Source: Heptranchias perlo (lineage: Eukaryota). From it: a stretch of DNA of 64,000 bases. The DNA lies in NCBI RefSeq assembly GCF_035084215.1, contig NC_090332.1, positions 1,736,001-1,800,000 on the forward strand. Reading direction: 5' to 3'. Made by a program: the position numbers and the translations under genes. The notes under the pieces are model-generated. The model saw only the letters and a program-made list of their open reading frames with translations. It was not told the DNA's origin and made no database searches. Within the stretch, counting starts at the first letter, position 1. Each line of letters starts with the position of its first letter. This document shows, piece by piece, positions 36,011-48,667 of the stretch.

Positions 36011-36114
36011 GAGAAAGAAACAGAGAGAAAGAGATGTTGGCAAGAGAAAGAGACAAGACAGTAAAGACAGTGCAGTACAGAGAGATACAGAAGGACAAAA
36101 AGAGAAAGGGAGGG
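36011..36114 (+). repeat. 104-bp GA-rich direct repeat, copy 2
   Basis: Matches 34434-34537. Confidence 0.9.
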
Positions 36115-37551
36115 AAAGACTCCCCCCAACCCCCTCACCAGAGAAAAGATTTCTGCCATATCTTTGTAAAGAGGTTGATCATAAATCATTTTTTTTAAAA
36201 ACAAGTTACATGATCTTTGAGGTTCCAGGCACTGCCCTGGCCTAGACCCCTGCCCTTCCTGATGAGACCCAGTTTATACCCTTCTGGGGGCAGGTATGCC
36301 CCATTTTACAGTGTACCAGCCTCCAACATTACACCAAGTACAAATGAGGTCAGGGAAACTCCTCTGCAGGGAGTCCCTACCCTTGGCCCGTGGCACAATT
36401 CAAAGAACAGCAGGGAATTTTTATCCCCCCCAACGGTTGTAGATTTGTGAAGCAGAGTCTCTCTTATTAAACAATTAATTTTGTGCCAAATAACTTTTTT
36501 AAAAGATCTGGGTAGACATCTGGGGGACAAAACCCCACTAGACTTTGTAGGGTCAGGGGGATATCACTGTTTTCCTTGCCCTGCGTGGCTACCTGGACCA
36601 CCAGGGGCATCTCTGGTGCCCACCTACGGGAGGGTGAGGGGGCCCCCTGAAAAGCAGCCACCAGATACCCCTCAGTCCCCTTTGTGAGGGGATTTGATAT
36701 TAAAATGAAATTGCTGTCTTGGGTGCTTGAGACTGCAATCCAAGCCTGGACCACCAGGTGGGCAACAATAGCCATGGAAGCAGCAAGTACACCTGTTCTC
36801 ACTCAGCGTACCAGCTAACAATGATCCACCTGGAGAAATACAGGCCAGAGACATTGGGAGCTCCCAGACTAGGAGTCCTCAGCCCAGGCCCTGCCCTCTC
36901 CAATGTCAGTGCATTTGTTTGGGTTTCTGGAGATGCCCCATTCCCAACAAGAGCCAGAGAAAAATTAGCCGGAAAAATAACCCAGCATTTCCAGATCCCA
37001 ACCCTTCTGTTGCAGGCCCGCTGGAGTTTCCAGCTGCCAGGTTAGAAAAAGGATTGAAAGTAATAAAGATAAATAAAGATGATTGGCTGCTAGGCCGCAC
37101 AGAAATAAAATGTCAAGGAATGCAACTGGTGAACGGCGAATAATGTAGGTTGTAAAGTTGAGCAGGTATTGGAATTCTGCTCGAGTTAGGTCTAGGAAGA
37201 TTTGGAAGATCCTTTCTTCATCAGACAAAATGGATGGGCCAACAGTTCATGACTGACTACCTATCATCTGTGGAAGGAGTTGCTTGATTGGCTGAATACT
37301 TTTTCCTTGTTCTGCACTTTCTTGTACTCTTTCTTGTGAATTCTGTGCCGTGATATTGGCCTATCCAGACAGTGAATCCGTGATTACCCTGGAATTCCAA
37401 ATTCTAATCATATGAAAACTTCTCTGCTTCTTCTAGAAGACACAATTTTAGTCTCAGCCCTTGTCCACTCTGCCCTGTGATGGTTAAACAGGTCCTCAGT
37501 ACGGTGTTGTTACTGTGACTCTGCCCCCAGTGTTAGCTAACATTGAATTAC

Positions 37552-40322
37552 AGGTTACATTGAGCTGGGTTCCGGCTCCATAGATGCAGCTCCACACACT
37601 GTAGTGTGGAATGGATAGAGGATTGGTTAACGGACAGAAAACAGAGAGTAGGAATAAACGGGACATTTTCGGGTTGGCAGGCTGTAACTAGTGGGGTACC
37701 GCAAGGATCGGTCAACTATTTATAATCTTTGTTAATGACTTAGATGAAGGGACCGAGTGTAATGTATCCAAGTTTGCTGAACAATACAAAGCTAGGTGGG
37801 AAAGTAAGCTGTGAGGAGGACACAAAGAGTCTGCAAAGGGATATAGATAGGTTAAGTGAGTGGGCAGGAAGGTGGCAGATGGAGTGTAATGTGGGGAAAT
37901 GTGAGGTTATTCAGTTTGCTGAGAAGAATAGAAAAAGAAAATATTTTTTATATCATAGAATCGTGGAATCACTGAAAGGTTACAGCACGGAAGAAGGCCA
38001 TTCAGCCCATCGAGTCCGTGCCGGCTCTCCGCAAGAGCAATCCAGCGAGACCCACTCCCCTGCCCTTTCCCCATACCCCTGCAATTTTTTTCCTTTCAAG
38101 TACTTATCCAGTTCCCTTTTGAAGGCCATGATTGAATCTGCCTCCACCACCCCCTCGGGCAGTGCATTCCAGATCCTAACCACTCGCTGGGTCAAAAAGT
38201 TTTTCCTCATGTCACCTTTGATTCTTTTGCCAATCACCTTAAATCTATGTCCTCTGGTTCTTGACCCTTCTGCCAATGGGAACGGTTTCTCTCTCTCCAC
38301 TCTGTCTGGACCCTTCATGATTTTGAATACCTCGATCAAATCTCCTCGCAACCTTCTCAGTTCCAAGGAGTACAACCCCAGCTTCTCCAGTCTATCCACA
38401 TAACTAAAGTCCCTCATCCCTGGAATCATTCTAGTAAATCTCTTCTGCACCCTCTCTAAGGCCTTTGCATCTTTCCTGAAGTGCGGTGCCCAGAACTGGA
38501 CACAATACTCCAGTTGTGGCCGAACCAGTGTTTTATAAAGGTTCATCATGACTTCCATACTTTTGTACTCTATGCCTCTATTTATAAAGCCCAGGATCCC
38601 ATATGCTTTTTTAACCACTTTCTCAACCTGCCCTGCCACCTTCAGCGATTTGTGCACATATACCCCCAGATCTCTCTGTTCCTGTACCCCTTTTAGTGTT
38701 GTGCCCTCTAGTTTATTTTGCCTCTCCATGTTCTTCCTACTGAAATATATCACTTCACATTTATCTGCGTTAAATTTCATCTGCCACGTGTCCGCCCATG
38801 CCACCAGCCTGTCTATATCCTCTTGAAGTCCATCACTATCCTCCTCACTGTTTATTACCCTTCCAAGTTTTGTGTCATCTGCAAATTTTGAAATTGTGCC
38901 CTCAAAATCTAAGTCCAAGTCATTAATATATATCAAGAAAAGCAGCGGCCCCAGCACCGACCCCCGGGGAACACCACTGTACACCTCCCTCCAGTCCGAA
39001 AAACAACCGTTCACCACTACTCTCTGTTTCCTGTTACTTAGCCAATTCTGTATCCATGTTGCCACTGCCTCTTTTATTCCATGGGCCGCAATCTTGATGA
39101 TAAGCCTACCCTGCGGCACTTCATCAAATGCCTTTTGAAAGTCCACATACACCACATCAACTGCATTGCCCTCATCTACCCTCTCTGTTATCTCACCAAA
39201 AAACTCTATCAAGTTAGTTAAACACGATTTGCCTTTAACAAATCCGCGCTAGCTTTCCCTAATTAATCCACCCTCATCCAAGTGACTGTTAATTCTGTCC
39301 CAGATTATCGTTTCTAAAAGTTTCCCCACCACCGAGGTTAAACTGAGTGGCCTTTGTTGCTGGGTTTATCCTTACACCCTTTTTTGAACAAGGGTGTAAC
39401 ATTTGCAATTCTCCAGTCCTCCGGCACCACCCCCATATCTATGAGAATAATAAGAAACTATTAAATGTTGGTGTTCAGAGAGATTTGGGTATCCTTGTAC
39501 ACGAAACACAGAAAGTTAACATGCAGGTATGGCAAGCAATTAGGAAGGCAAATGGTATGTTGGCCTTTATTGCAAGGGGGTTGGAGTATAAGAGTAAGGA
39601 AGTCTTGCTACAATTGTACAGGGCTTTGGTGAGACCTCACCTGGAGTACTGTGTACAGTTTTAGTCTCCTTACCTAGGGAAGGATATACTTGCCTTAGAG
39701 GCGGTGCAACAAAGGTTCACTCGGTTGATTCCTGGGATGAGAGGGTTGTTCTATGAGGAGAGATTGAGTAGAATGGGCCTATACTCTCTGGAATTTAGGA
39801 GAATGATAGGTGATCTCATTGAAACATATAAAATTCTGAGAGGGAGAAACAGGGTAGATGCTGAGAGGCTGTTTCCCCTGGCTGGAGAGTCTAGAACTAG
39901 GGGGCATAGTCTCAGGATAAGGGGTCGGCCATTTAGGACTGAGATAAAGAGAAATTTCTTCACTCAGAGGGTTGTAAATCTTTGGAATTCTCTACCCCAG
40001 AGGGCTGTGGAGGCTCAGTCGTTGAGTGTATTCAGGGCTGAGATCGACAGACTTTTGGACTCCAGGGGAATCAAGGGAAATGGGGATCAGACGGGAAAGT
40101 GGAGTTGAGGTCAAAGATCAGCCATGATCTGATTGAATAGCGGAGCAGGATCGAGGGGCCGAATGGCCTCCTCCTGCTCCTATTTCTTATGATTTTATGC
40201 AGGCAGCAGTATCACTGAGTGACACATTCACGATGGTCAGAATGTAACTGTTACTGGTGACATTCCTGGATGGCTGAAAATGGTCGGGGAAACCTTGGGA
40301 TCTGGTAATGGTGCCATTTACA
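37552..40322 (-). pseudogene. Destroyed fifth VJ exon (type A) of gene B; remnants at 37552-37605 and 40198-40322
   Basis: 40198-40322 matches the NGTITRSQGFPD..SDTA segment; 37552-37605 reads YSVWSCIYGAGTQLNVT then gtaatt (F-strand Cys to Tyr); split by nested CR1s; 5' half missing. Confidence 0.88.
37606..40197 (+). mobile_element. CR1 (+; 37606-37950 and 39440-40197) containing a nested minus-strand CR1 (37953-39440)
   Basis: ORFs 37744-, 39347-, 39704- on +; RT ORF 37980-39212 on -. Confidence 0.88.
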
Positions 40323-40515
40323 TGGGCTGTGGGAGGAGATTAAATGGGTGGGTAGAGTCCATGATAGGGGAGAGTGTACATGGGCTGTGGGGGGAGATTA
40401 AATGGGTGGGTGGAGTCCATGATAGGGGAGAGTGTACATGGGCTGTGGGGGGAGATTAAATGGGTGGGTAGAGTCCATGATAGGGGAGAGTGAACATGGG
40501 CTGTGGGAGGAGTGG
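40319..40515 (-). repeat. Inverted copy (about 3 units) of the 58-bp minisatellite at 42250-42795
   Basis: catgggctgtgggaggagattaaatgggtgggtagagtccatgatagggg is its reverse complement. Confidence 0.92.
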
Positions 40516-41300
40516 ACTCAGTTTGCTAAATGGCTTTTTCTCATCGTATACTTTCTTGCATTATGATAATTCAGGAGCTGTTTAAAGTGTACAGTTTTAT
40601 TTTAGTAATATGGAGAAATAAAATGTAAGGAAGTGGCTAAAGATATTGAAACATTCATTCCCATCTCAAATTCAGCACTCTCCAAGTAATGATGGAACTT
40701 CAAACTCTCATTAGTTTCAAATTAACTTTTGAACAGAATTAAATATTTTCTCTTCTGAATCTGAACGTCCCCTCGTTCCATTCCACAGAGATCAGATGCT
40801 GATCTCGTAACGTGTTTTCCAATTAAACTGATGCACATAATTACAAGGCTTGCCTCCTGCTGAATCCGACAGATCTGCTCGTTCTGATCTGGCATTCATC
40901 CACCAATGACACAACAGCACCCAGAACTGCGCTTTCCAAATCTTCAGGCCCACAAGACCGAAAAAGGACAAACCAGCAACTATGAAATATAAACGGCAAT
41001 AAGATTGAGCTGCCAGGGGTCAGGGGTTCTATGTGAGCCACGGGCTACAGTTTGGAGACCCCAGCTCTATAATACTTTGTACTGTGACAAACCAGGCAGG
41101 AAATTTACAAACACCAATTGTGAGGGGCAAGCACGCAAAAGGTCTTCAAAAATAAAAAGTTTAATTTTCTCAGATCTTTCTTAACATTTTAAGCCATTAT
41201 ATAAACTTCTGAAGTAAACTTGAGAAACTGCTCTCCAAGTCCCAGCCGCCCAACAGCTACACCATCGGAGATCAGTTAGTATCACGTAAATTGTACTTAC

Positions 41301-41645
41301 TGGTTATATTGAGCTGGGTTCCATTCCCACTGATATCTCCCCACACTTTACAGTAATAGACGGCAGTGTCATTGGGCTGCACGTTTGTGATTGCCAGAAT
41401 GAAGCTGTTATTGGCGATGTCTCTGGAAGGCTGGAAACGGTCAGTGAACCCTGGGCCCCCTCGTGTGTTGTTCATTACATCGTGTGTTAAAACCCACTCC
41501 ATATCTTGCCCTGGTAGTTGCCGGTACCAGTGGACATCGGTGTCTCTCACTGTGGCCTTCTGTATGGTGCACTGTAACCGGGCTGTCTGACCCTCTGTGA
41601 CACCTTCCAGGCTCGGAGACTGGATAATGACGGGAGCATTTGCAA
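41301..41645 (-). CDS. Gene B VJ exon 4 (type B)
   Basis: cctccaaag|..A|gtaagt, 345 nt, phase 1-1; ANAPVIIQSP..RLQC..HWY..DTAVYYCKVWGDISGNGTQLNIT. Confidence 0.92.
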
Positions 41646-42249
41646 CTTTGGAGGAAAATATCAGTAACATAAGAACCAGTCTGAAGGTTTTAAACTGTCC
41701 TCAATGATTAAGTGGAAAGTTCAGGCAGCAAAGTTTCTGTGCTTAAAAGAAAGAACAGAATCTAACACTATATCAGTAGAGTTGGTTAATTAACACCTTA
41801 TATTAAAAATGTAAATATTTTCTAATGCTCTGAACCCTGACCTCTTTACTATGTGTTCAGCAGTGAGAGAATATTATGTTATCTACACTTGAGATAAAAT
41901 ATAGTGTAGAATGAGATTAAAAACCATTCTAAAAAGAATTTTCCTTGATTGGTAATAATTACTCAGACAGAAAATATGGCTGAAAAGAGGCAAATAAAAT
42001 TGATAACCTAAGAAATAATAAATAACTTTCAAATAACTTAGAAATTGGGTAAATACTTGAGAGGAAAAAAATACAGGGCTTTGGGGAAAGAGCAGGCTAA
42101 TGGGACTAAATGGATAGTTCTTTCAAAGAGCCGGCACAGGCATGATGGGCCGAATGGCCTTCTCCTGTGCTGTACTTACTATGATACTATGAAAGTACTG
42201 AACAATAAAAGAACATTTATTTCATCAAATCCACTCCTCCTACACCCTA

Positions 42250-42795
42250 TCATGGACCACCCACCAATTCTATCTCCTTGCATGCATGTATGCAATCCAT
42301 CATGGACTCTACCCATCCATTTAATCTCCTCCCACAGCCCATGTCCACTCTCCCCTATCATGGACTCTACCCACCCATTTAATCTCCCCCCACAGCCCAT
42401 GTACACTCTCCCCTATCATGGACTCTCCCCACCCATTTAATCTCCTCCCACAGCCCATGTCCACTCTCCCCTATCATGGACTCTCCCCACCCATTTAATC
42501 TCCTCCCACAGCCCATGTACACTCTCCCCTATCATGGACTCTACCCACCCATTTAATCTCCTCCCACAGCCCATGTACACTCTCCCCTATCATGGACTCT
42601 ACCCACCCATTTAATCTCCTCCCACAGCCCATGTCCACTCTCCCCTATCATGGACTCTCCCCACCCATTTAATCTCCTCCCACAGCCCATGTACACTCTC
42701 CCCTATCATGGACTCTACCCACCCATTTAATCTCCTCCCACAGCCCATGTCCACTCTCCTCTATCATGGACTCTACCCACCCATTTAATCTCCTG
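42250..42795 (+). repeat. 58-bp minisatellite (catggactctacccacccatttaatctcctcccacagcccatgtacactctcccctat), about 9 copies
   Basis: Period 58 (catgg at 42301, 42359, ...). Confidence 0.95.
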
Positions 42796-42864
42796 AGGGA
42801 ACGTTCTATATAAATACTGCTCGATCCTCAAAGGTAATCAAGGAAAAATCTGGAATATTCTTAA

Positions 42865-43162
42865 AACGCAAAGAACTGCAGGTGCTGGAAATCCAAAACA
42901 CAAACAGTGTGCTTGATAATATTGCTTCTGCCATTTAACTACGTTCTGTAAGCAGTTTACAGGTCAATCTATTTATTTTCCTATGTGTGTTTTCCCCCAT
43001 TCTCCCTTCCCTTTGTTCTGTTCTTTTTAAAATGCTATTCATCTATAATGTCTTCCAGTTCTGACAAAGGTCCTCACCCAAAACATCAACTCCTCTGTTT
43101 TCGCCACAGAAATGCTGCACAGACTCACTGAGACTTTCCGGTGTTTTCTGTTTTTGTTCCAG
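42865..43162. mobile_element. Degenerate Penelope-like element remnant
   Basis: actgcaggtgctggaaatc and inverted ...tgtttttgttccaga; decayed ctgacaaaggtc..acccaaaac hammerhead-like motif. Confidence 0.45.
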
Positions 43163-43333
43163 AGTATTGATCCATTCTCACATCTCCACTATTCAATTCT
43201 TGCTTTCTGTACTCCACAAATATCTTCCCACTCTCCCTCCCCTGACCACAGCATTACAGGAACCATGGTGTCTGACTGCATATTGCCAGTACTGTTGCTG
43301 TGACCCTGCCAGTGTTAGCTAACATTGACTTAC

Positions 43334-43681
43334 CGGTTACATTGAGCTGGGTCCCTGCTCCATAGATGTAGCTCCACACACTGCAGTTGTAGACAGCAGT
43401 GTCACTGAGTGACACATTCATGATGGTCAGAATGTAACTGTTACTGGTGACATTCCTGGATGGCTGAAAACGGTCGGGGAAACCTTGGGATCTGGTAATG
43501 GTGCCATTTACAAAATGGCTCATCAGCCACTTGCTGTTGTTCCCAGGTCTCTGGTAGTACCAGTGGGCATCAGTGTCACTCACACTGGCATTGTACATGG
43601 CACATTGTAACTGGATGGTTTCACCCTCTGGAACCTTGCTGACTGTTGGATACTGAGCAAGGACAGGATCAGCCAATGGAC
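43334..43681 (-). CDS. Gene B VJ exon 3 (type A)
   Basis: tttcctacgtacag|..G|gtaagt, 348 nt, phase 1-1; 347/348 nt identical to 1045-1392. Confidence 0.93.
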
Positions 43682-43865
43682 CTGTACGTAGGAAATATAT
43701 GGAGCACAATGCAAAATAAAAGAAAAATTTCTCCAGCTTTCAAACTTTAAAAATTTATAAAATTGTGAATTGTTATAAAATGTTATAAAATCTCCTTGAG
43801 CTTAAAATACCAGTTTGCAAACTGAGAGACAGAAAAAGTGGAACTCAATAACACCAAAATTGCCC

Positions 43866-44280
43866 GGTTTGGCTCAGTCGGAACACTCTCACCTCTGAGT
43901 CACAAGACCATGGGTTCCAACCCCACTCCAGACTTTAGCACATATCGAGACACTCCAGTGCTGCACTGAGGGAGTGCTGCACTGTCGGAGGTGCCGTCAT
44001 TGAAATGAGACATTAAACCGAGGCCCCCTCTGCCCTCTCAGGTGGACGTAAAAGATCCCACGGCCACTCTTCGAAGGTTAGCAGGGAAGTTCTCCCTGAT
44101 GTCCTGGCCAATATTTATCCCTAATGATCTGGTCATTTGTCATGGCTGTTTGTGGGATCTTATTGTGTGTTTCCTACATTACAACGGTGACTAAACTTCA
44201 AAAGTACTTCATTGGCTGTGAAGAGCTCTGGGACGTCCTGAGATCGTGAAAGGTGCTATATAAATGCAAACTCTTTCTGT
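43866..44280 (+). mobile_element. Deu-domain tRNA-SINE (SacSINE1-like)
   Basis: tggctcagtcgg box A, ggttccaacccc box B, Deu core, aaggtgctatataaatgcaaa tail. Confidence 0.8.
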
Positions 44281-44380
44281 CTTTTAGTTTCTATCCCTAG
44301 TTACCCTCAAAAGGCCAATGGAAGGCTGGGACGATACATATCCGGGTCCGAGAATAAGTCATAGTCCTCCCACCAGAGAT

Positions 44381-47300
44381 ATAGAATCATAGAAGTTACA
44401 ACATGGAAACAGGCCCTTCGGCCCAACATGTCCATGTCGCCCAGTTTATACCACTAAGCTAGTCCCAGTTGCCTGCACTTGGCCCATATCCCTCTATACC
44501 CATCTTACCCATGTAACTGTCCAAATGCTTTTTAAAAGACATAATTGTACCCGCCTCTACTACTGCCTCTGGCAGTTCGTTCCAGACACTCACCACCCTT
44601 TGAGTGAAAAAATTGCCCCTCTGGACCCTTTTGTATCTCTCCCCTCTCACCTTAAATCTATGCCCCCTCGTTATAGACTCCCCTACCTTTGGGAAAAGAT
44701 TTTGACTATCGACCTTATCTATGCCCCTCATTATTTTATAGACTTCTATAAGATCACCCCTTAACCTCCTACTCTCCAGGGAAAAAAGTCCCAGTCGATC
44801 TAACCTCTCCCTATAAGTCAAACCATCAAGTCCCGGTAGCATCCTAGTAAATCTTTTCTGCACTCTTTCTAGTTTAATAATATCCTTTCTATAATAGGGT
44901 GACCAGAACTGTACACAGCATTCCAAGTGTGGCCTTACTAATGTCTTGTACAACTTCAACAAGACATCCCAACTCCTGTATTCAGTGTTCTGACCAATGA
45001 AACCAAGCATGCCGAATGCCTTCTTCACCACCCTATCCACCTGTGACTCCACTTTCAAGGAGCTATGAACCTGTACTCCTAGATCTCTTTGTTCTATAAC
45101 TCTCCCCAACGCCCTACCATTAACGGAGTAGGTCCTGGCCCGATTCGATCTACCAAAATGCATCACCTCACATTTATCTAAATTAAACTCCATCTGCCAT
45201 TCATCGGCCCACTGGCCCAATTTATCAAGATCCCGTTGCAATCCTAGATAACCTTCTTCACTGTCCACAATGCCACCAATCTTGGTGTCATCTGCAAACT
45301 TACTACCCATGCCTCCTAAATTCTCATCCAAATCATTAATATAAATAACAAATAACAGCGGACCCAGCACCAATCCCTGAGGCACACCGCTGGTCACAGG
45401 CATCCAGTTTGAAAAACAACCCTCTACAACCACCCTCTGTCTTCTGTCGTCAAGCCAATTTTGTATCCAATTGGCTACCTCACCTTGGGTCCCGTGAGAT
45501 TTAACCTTATGTAACAACCTACCATGCGGTACCTTGTCAAAGGCTTTGCTGAAGTCCATGTAGACCACGTCAACTGCACAGCCCTCATCTATCTTCTTGG
45601 TTACCCCTTCAAAAAACTCAATCAAATTTGTGAGACATGATTTTCCTCTCACAAAACCATGCTGACTGTTCCTAATCAGTCCCTGCCTCTCCAAATGCCT
45701 GTAGATCCTGTCCCTCAGAATACCCTCTAACAACTTACCCACTACAGATGTCAGGCTCACCGGTCTGTAGTTCCCAGGCTTTTCCCTGCCGCCCTTCTTA
45801 AACAAAGGCACAACATTTGCACAATAAAGGCACAATCTTCAGGCACCTCACCTGTAGCTGTCAATGATTCAAATATCTCTGCTAGGGGACCTGCAATTTC
45901 CTCCCTAACCTCCCATAATGTCCTGGGATACATTTCATCAGGTCCCGGAGATTTATCTACCTTGATGCGCGTTAAGACTTCCAGCACCTCCCTCTCTGTA
46001 ATATGTACACTCCTCAAGACATCACTATTTATTTCCCCAAGTTCCCTAACATCCATGCCTTTCTCAACCGTAAATACCGATGTGAAATATTCATTCAGGA
46101 TCTCACCCATCTCTTGTGGTTCCGCACATAGATGACCTTGTTGATCCTTAAGAGGCCCTACTCTCTCCCTAGTTACTCTTTTGCCCTTTATGTATTTGTA
46201 GAAGCTCTTTGGATTCTCCTTTGCCTTATCTGCCAAAGCAATCTCATGTCTCCTTTTTGCCCTCCTGATTTCTCTCTTAACTCTACTCCGGCAATCTCTA
46301 TACTCTTCAAGGGATCCACTTGATCCCAGCTGCCTATGCATGTCATATGCCTCCTTCTTCTTTTTGACTAGGGCCTCAATCTCCCGAGTCATCCAAGGTT
46401 CCCTACTTCTACCAGCCTTGCCCTTCACTTTATAAGGAATGTGCTTACCCTGAACCCTGGTTAACACACTTTTGAAAGCCTCCCACTTACCAGACGTCCC
46501 TTTGCCTGCCAACAGACTCTCCCAATCAACTTCTGAAAGTTCCTGTCTAATACCATCAAAATTGGCCTTTCCCCAATTTAGAATTTTAACTTTTGGGCCA
46601 GACCTATCCTTCTCCATAGCTATCTTAAAACTAATGGAATTAATATCACTGGTCCCAAAGTGATCCCTCACTAACACTTCTGTCACCTGCCCTTCCTTAT
46701 TTCCCAAGAGGAGGTCAAGTTTTGTCCCCTCTCTAGTCGGGCCATCCACATACTGAATGAGAAATTCCTCCTGAATACACTCAACAAATTTCTCTCCATC
46801 CAAGCCCCTAATGCTATGGCTGTCCCAGTCAATGTTGGGAAAGTTAAAGTCCCCTACTATTACCACCCTATTTTTCTTGCAGCTGTCTGTAATCTCCTTA
46901 CATATTTGCTCCTCAATTTCCCGTTGACTATTTGGGGGTCTGTAGTACAATCCTATCAACGTGATCTCTCCCTTCTTATTTTTCAGTTCTACCCATATAG
47001 ACTCAGTGGGCGAACCCTCGGATATATCCCCTCTCACTACTGCCGTGATGTTCTCCCTAATCAAGAACGCAACTCCCCCTCCTCTCTTACCTCCTGCTCT
47101 ATCTTTCCTATAGCATCTGTACCCTGGAACATCGAGCTGCCAGTCCTGCCCCTCCCTTAGCCATGTTTCAGTAATAGCTATAACATCCCAGTCCCATGTA
47201 CCCATCCATGTCCTGAGTTCATCTGCCTTGCCCATCAGACTTCTTGCATTGAAATAAATGCAGTTTAATCTAGACTTCCCTTGGTCTTTGCCCTGCTTTC

Positions 47301-48440
47301 TCAGACCATCTGTCCAGTCATGTTTTGTACACTCTCCCTTACTGCCTTTTGTTTCTGTCACCACTTTATTTCCCACTGACTTCCTGCATCGGTTCCCATC
47401 CCCCTGCCACATTAGTTTAAACCCTCCCCAACAGCACTAGCAAACACTCCCCCTAGGACATTGGTTCGAGTCCTGCCCAGATGCAGACCGTCCAATTTGT
47501 ACTGGTCCCACCTCCCCCAGAACCGGTTCCAATGGCCCAGGAATTTGAATCCCTCCCTCTTGCACCATCTCTCAAGCCACGTATTCATCTTAGCTATCCT
47601 GTCATTCCTACTCTGACTAGCCCGTGGCACTGGTAGCAATCCTGAGATTACTACCTTTGAGGTCCTACTTTTTAGTTTAACTCCTAACTCCCTAAATTCA
47701 GCTTGTAGGACCTCATCCCGTTTTTTACCTATATCGTTGGTACCTATATGCACCACGACAACTGGCTGTTCACCCTCCCCCTCCAGAATGTCCTGCAGCC
47801 GCTCCGAGACATCCTTGACCCTTGCATCAGGGAGGCAACATACCATCCTGGAGTCTCGGTTGCGTCCGCAGAAACGCCTGTCTATTCCCCTTACAATCGA
47901 GTCCCCTATCACTATAGCTCTGCCATTCTTTTTCCTGCCCTCCTGTGCAGCAGAGCCAGCCACGGTGCCATGAACCTGGCCGCTGTCACCTTCCCCTGGT
48001 GAGCCATCTCCCCCAACAGCATCCAAAACGGTATACCTGTTTGAGAGGGGGATGGCCACAGGGGACCCCTGCACTACCTGCCTGCACCTCTTACTCTGCC
48101 TGGTGGTCACCCATTCACTTCCTGCCTGTACTCCCTTTACCTGCGGTGTGACCAACTCGCTAAACGTGCTATCCACGAGTTTCTCTGCATCGCGGATGCT
48201 CCACAGTGAATCCACCCGCAGCTCCAGCTCCGAGATACGATCGGTCAGTAGCTGCAGGTGGACACACTTCCTGCACACATGGTCGGCAGGGACACTGGTA
48301 GTGTCCATGACTTCCCACATCTTGCAGGAGGGGCATATCACGGGTGCGAGGTCTGCTGCCATGACTTGCCTTAGCTTAGTTACCCCTTTTAAATTACGTT
48401 GAAATTAGAAAATGTTAACTATACTAGGGACCTAGGTTCA
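44381..48440 (-). mobile_element. Young CR1 LINE with intact ORF1 (47412-48362) and ORF2 broken by one frameshift
   Basis: ORF1 CxxC + SGNH motifs; ORF2 APE (NARS, TETW, GDFN) in 45757-47412 and RT in 44459-45835; CR1 tail at 44381. Confidence 0.95.
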
Positions 48441-48667
48441 CACAGCAGTGTGTCCAAAGGGCTGTGAACTTTTGGCCGCCTTTTCTTTATGGGGCAGTGA
48501 TACATTAGGGAAGGCTCAGAAGTGCAGCACAATTGACTTTGGGCCTATTAATAAGTATGGCGATAGAATTAGATTTGTTCTCACTGGAGCAAAGGTTATT
48601 TCATTGAGAGGGGACACGAACCGGGTTTTTTAAATGCTTAAAATGGACTGGGGTATAGGAGGCCTCG

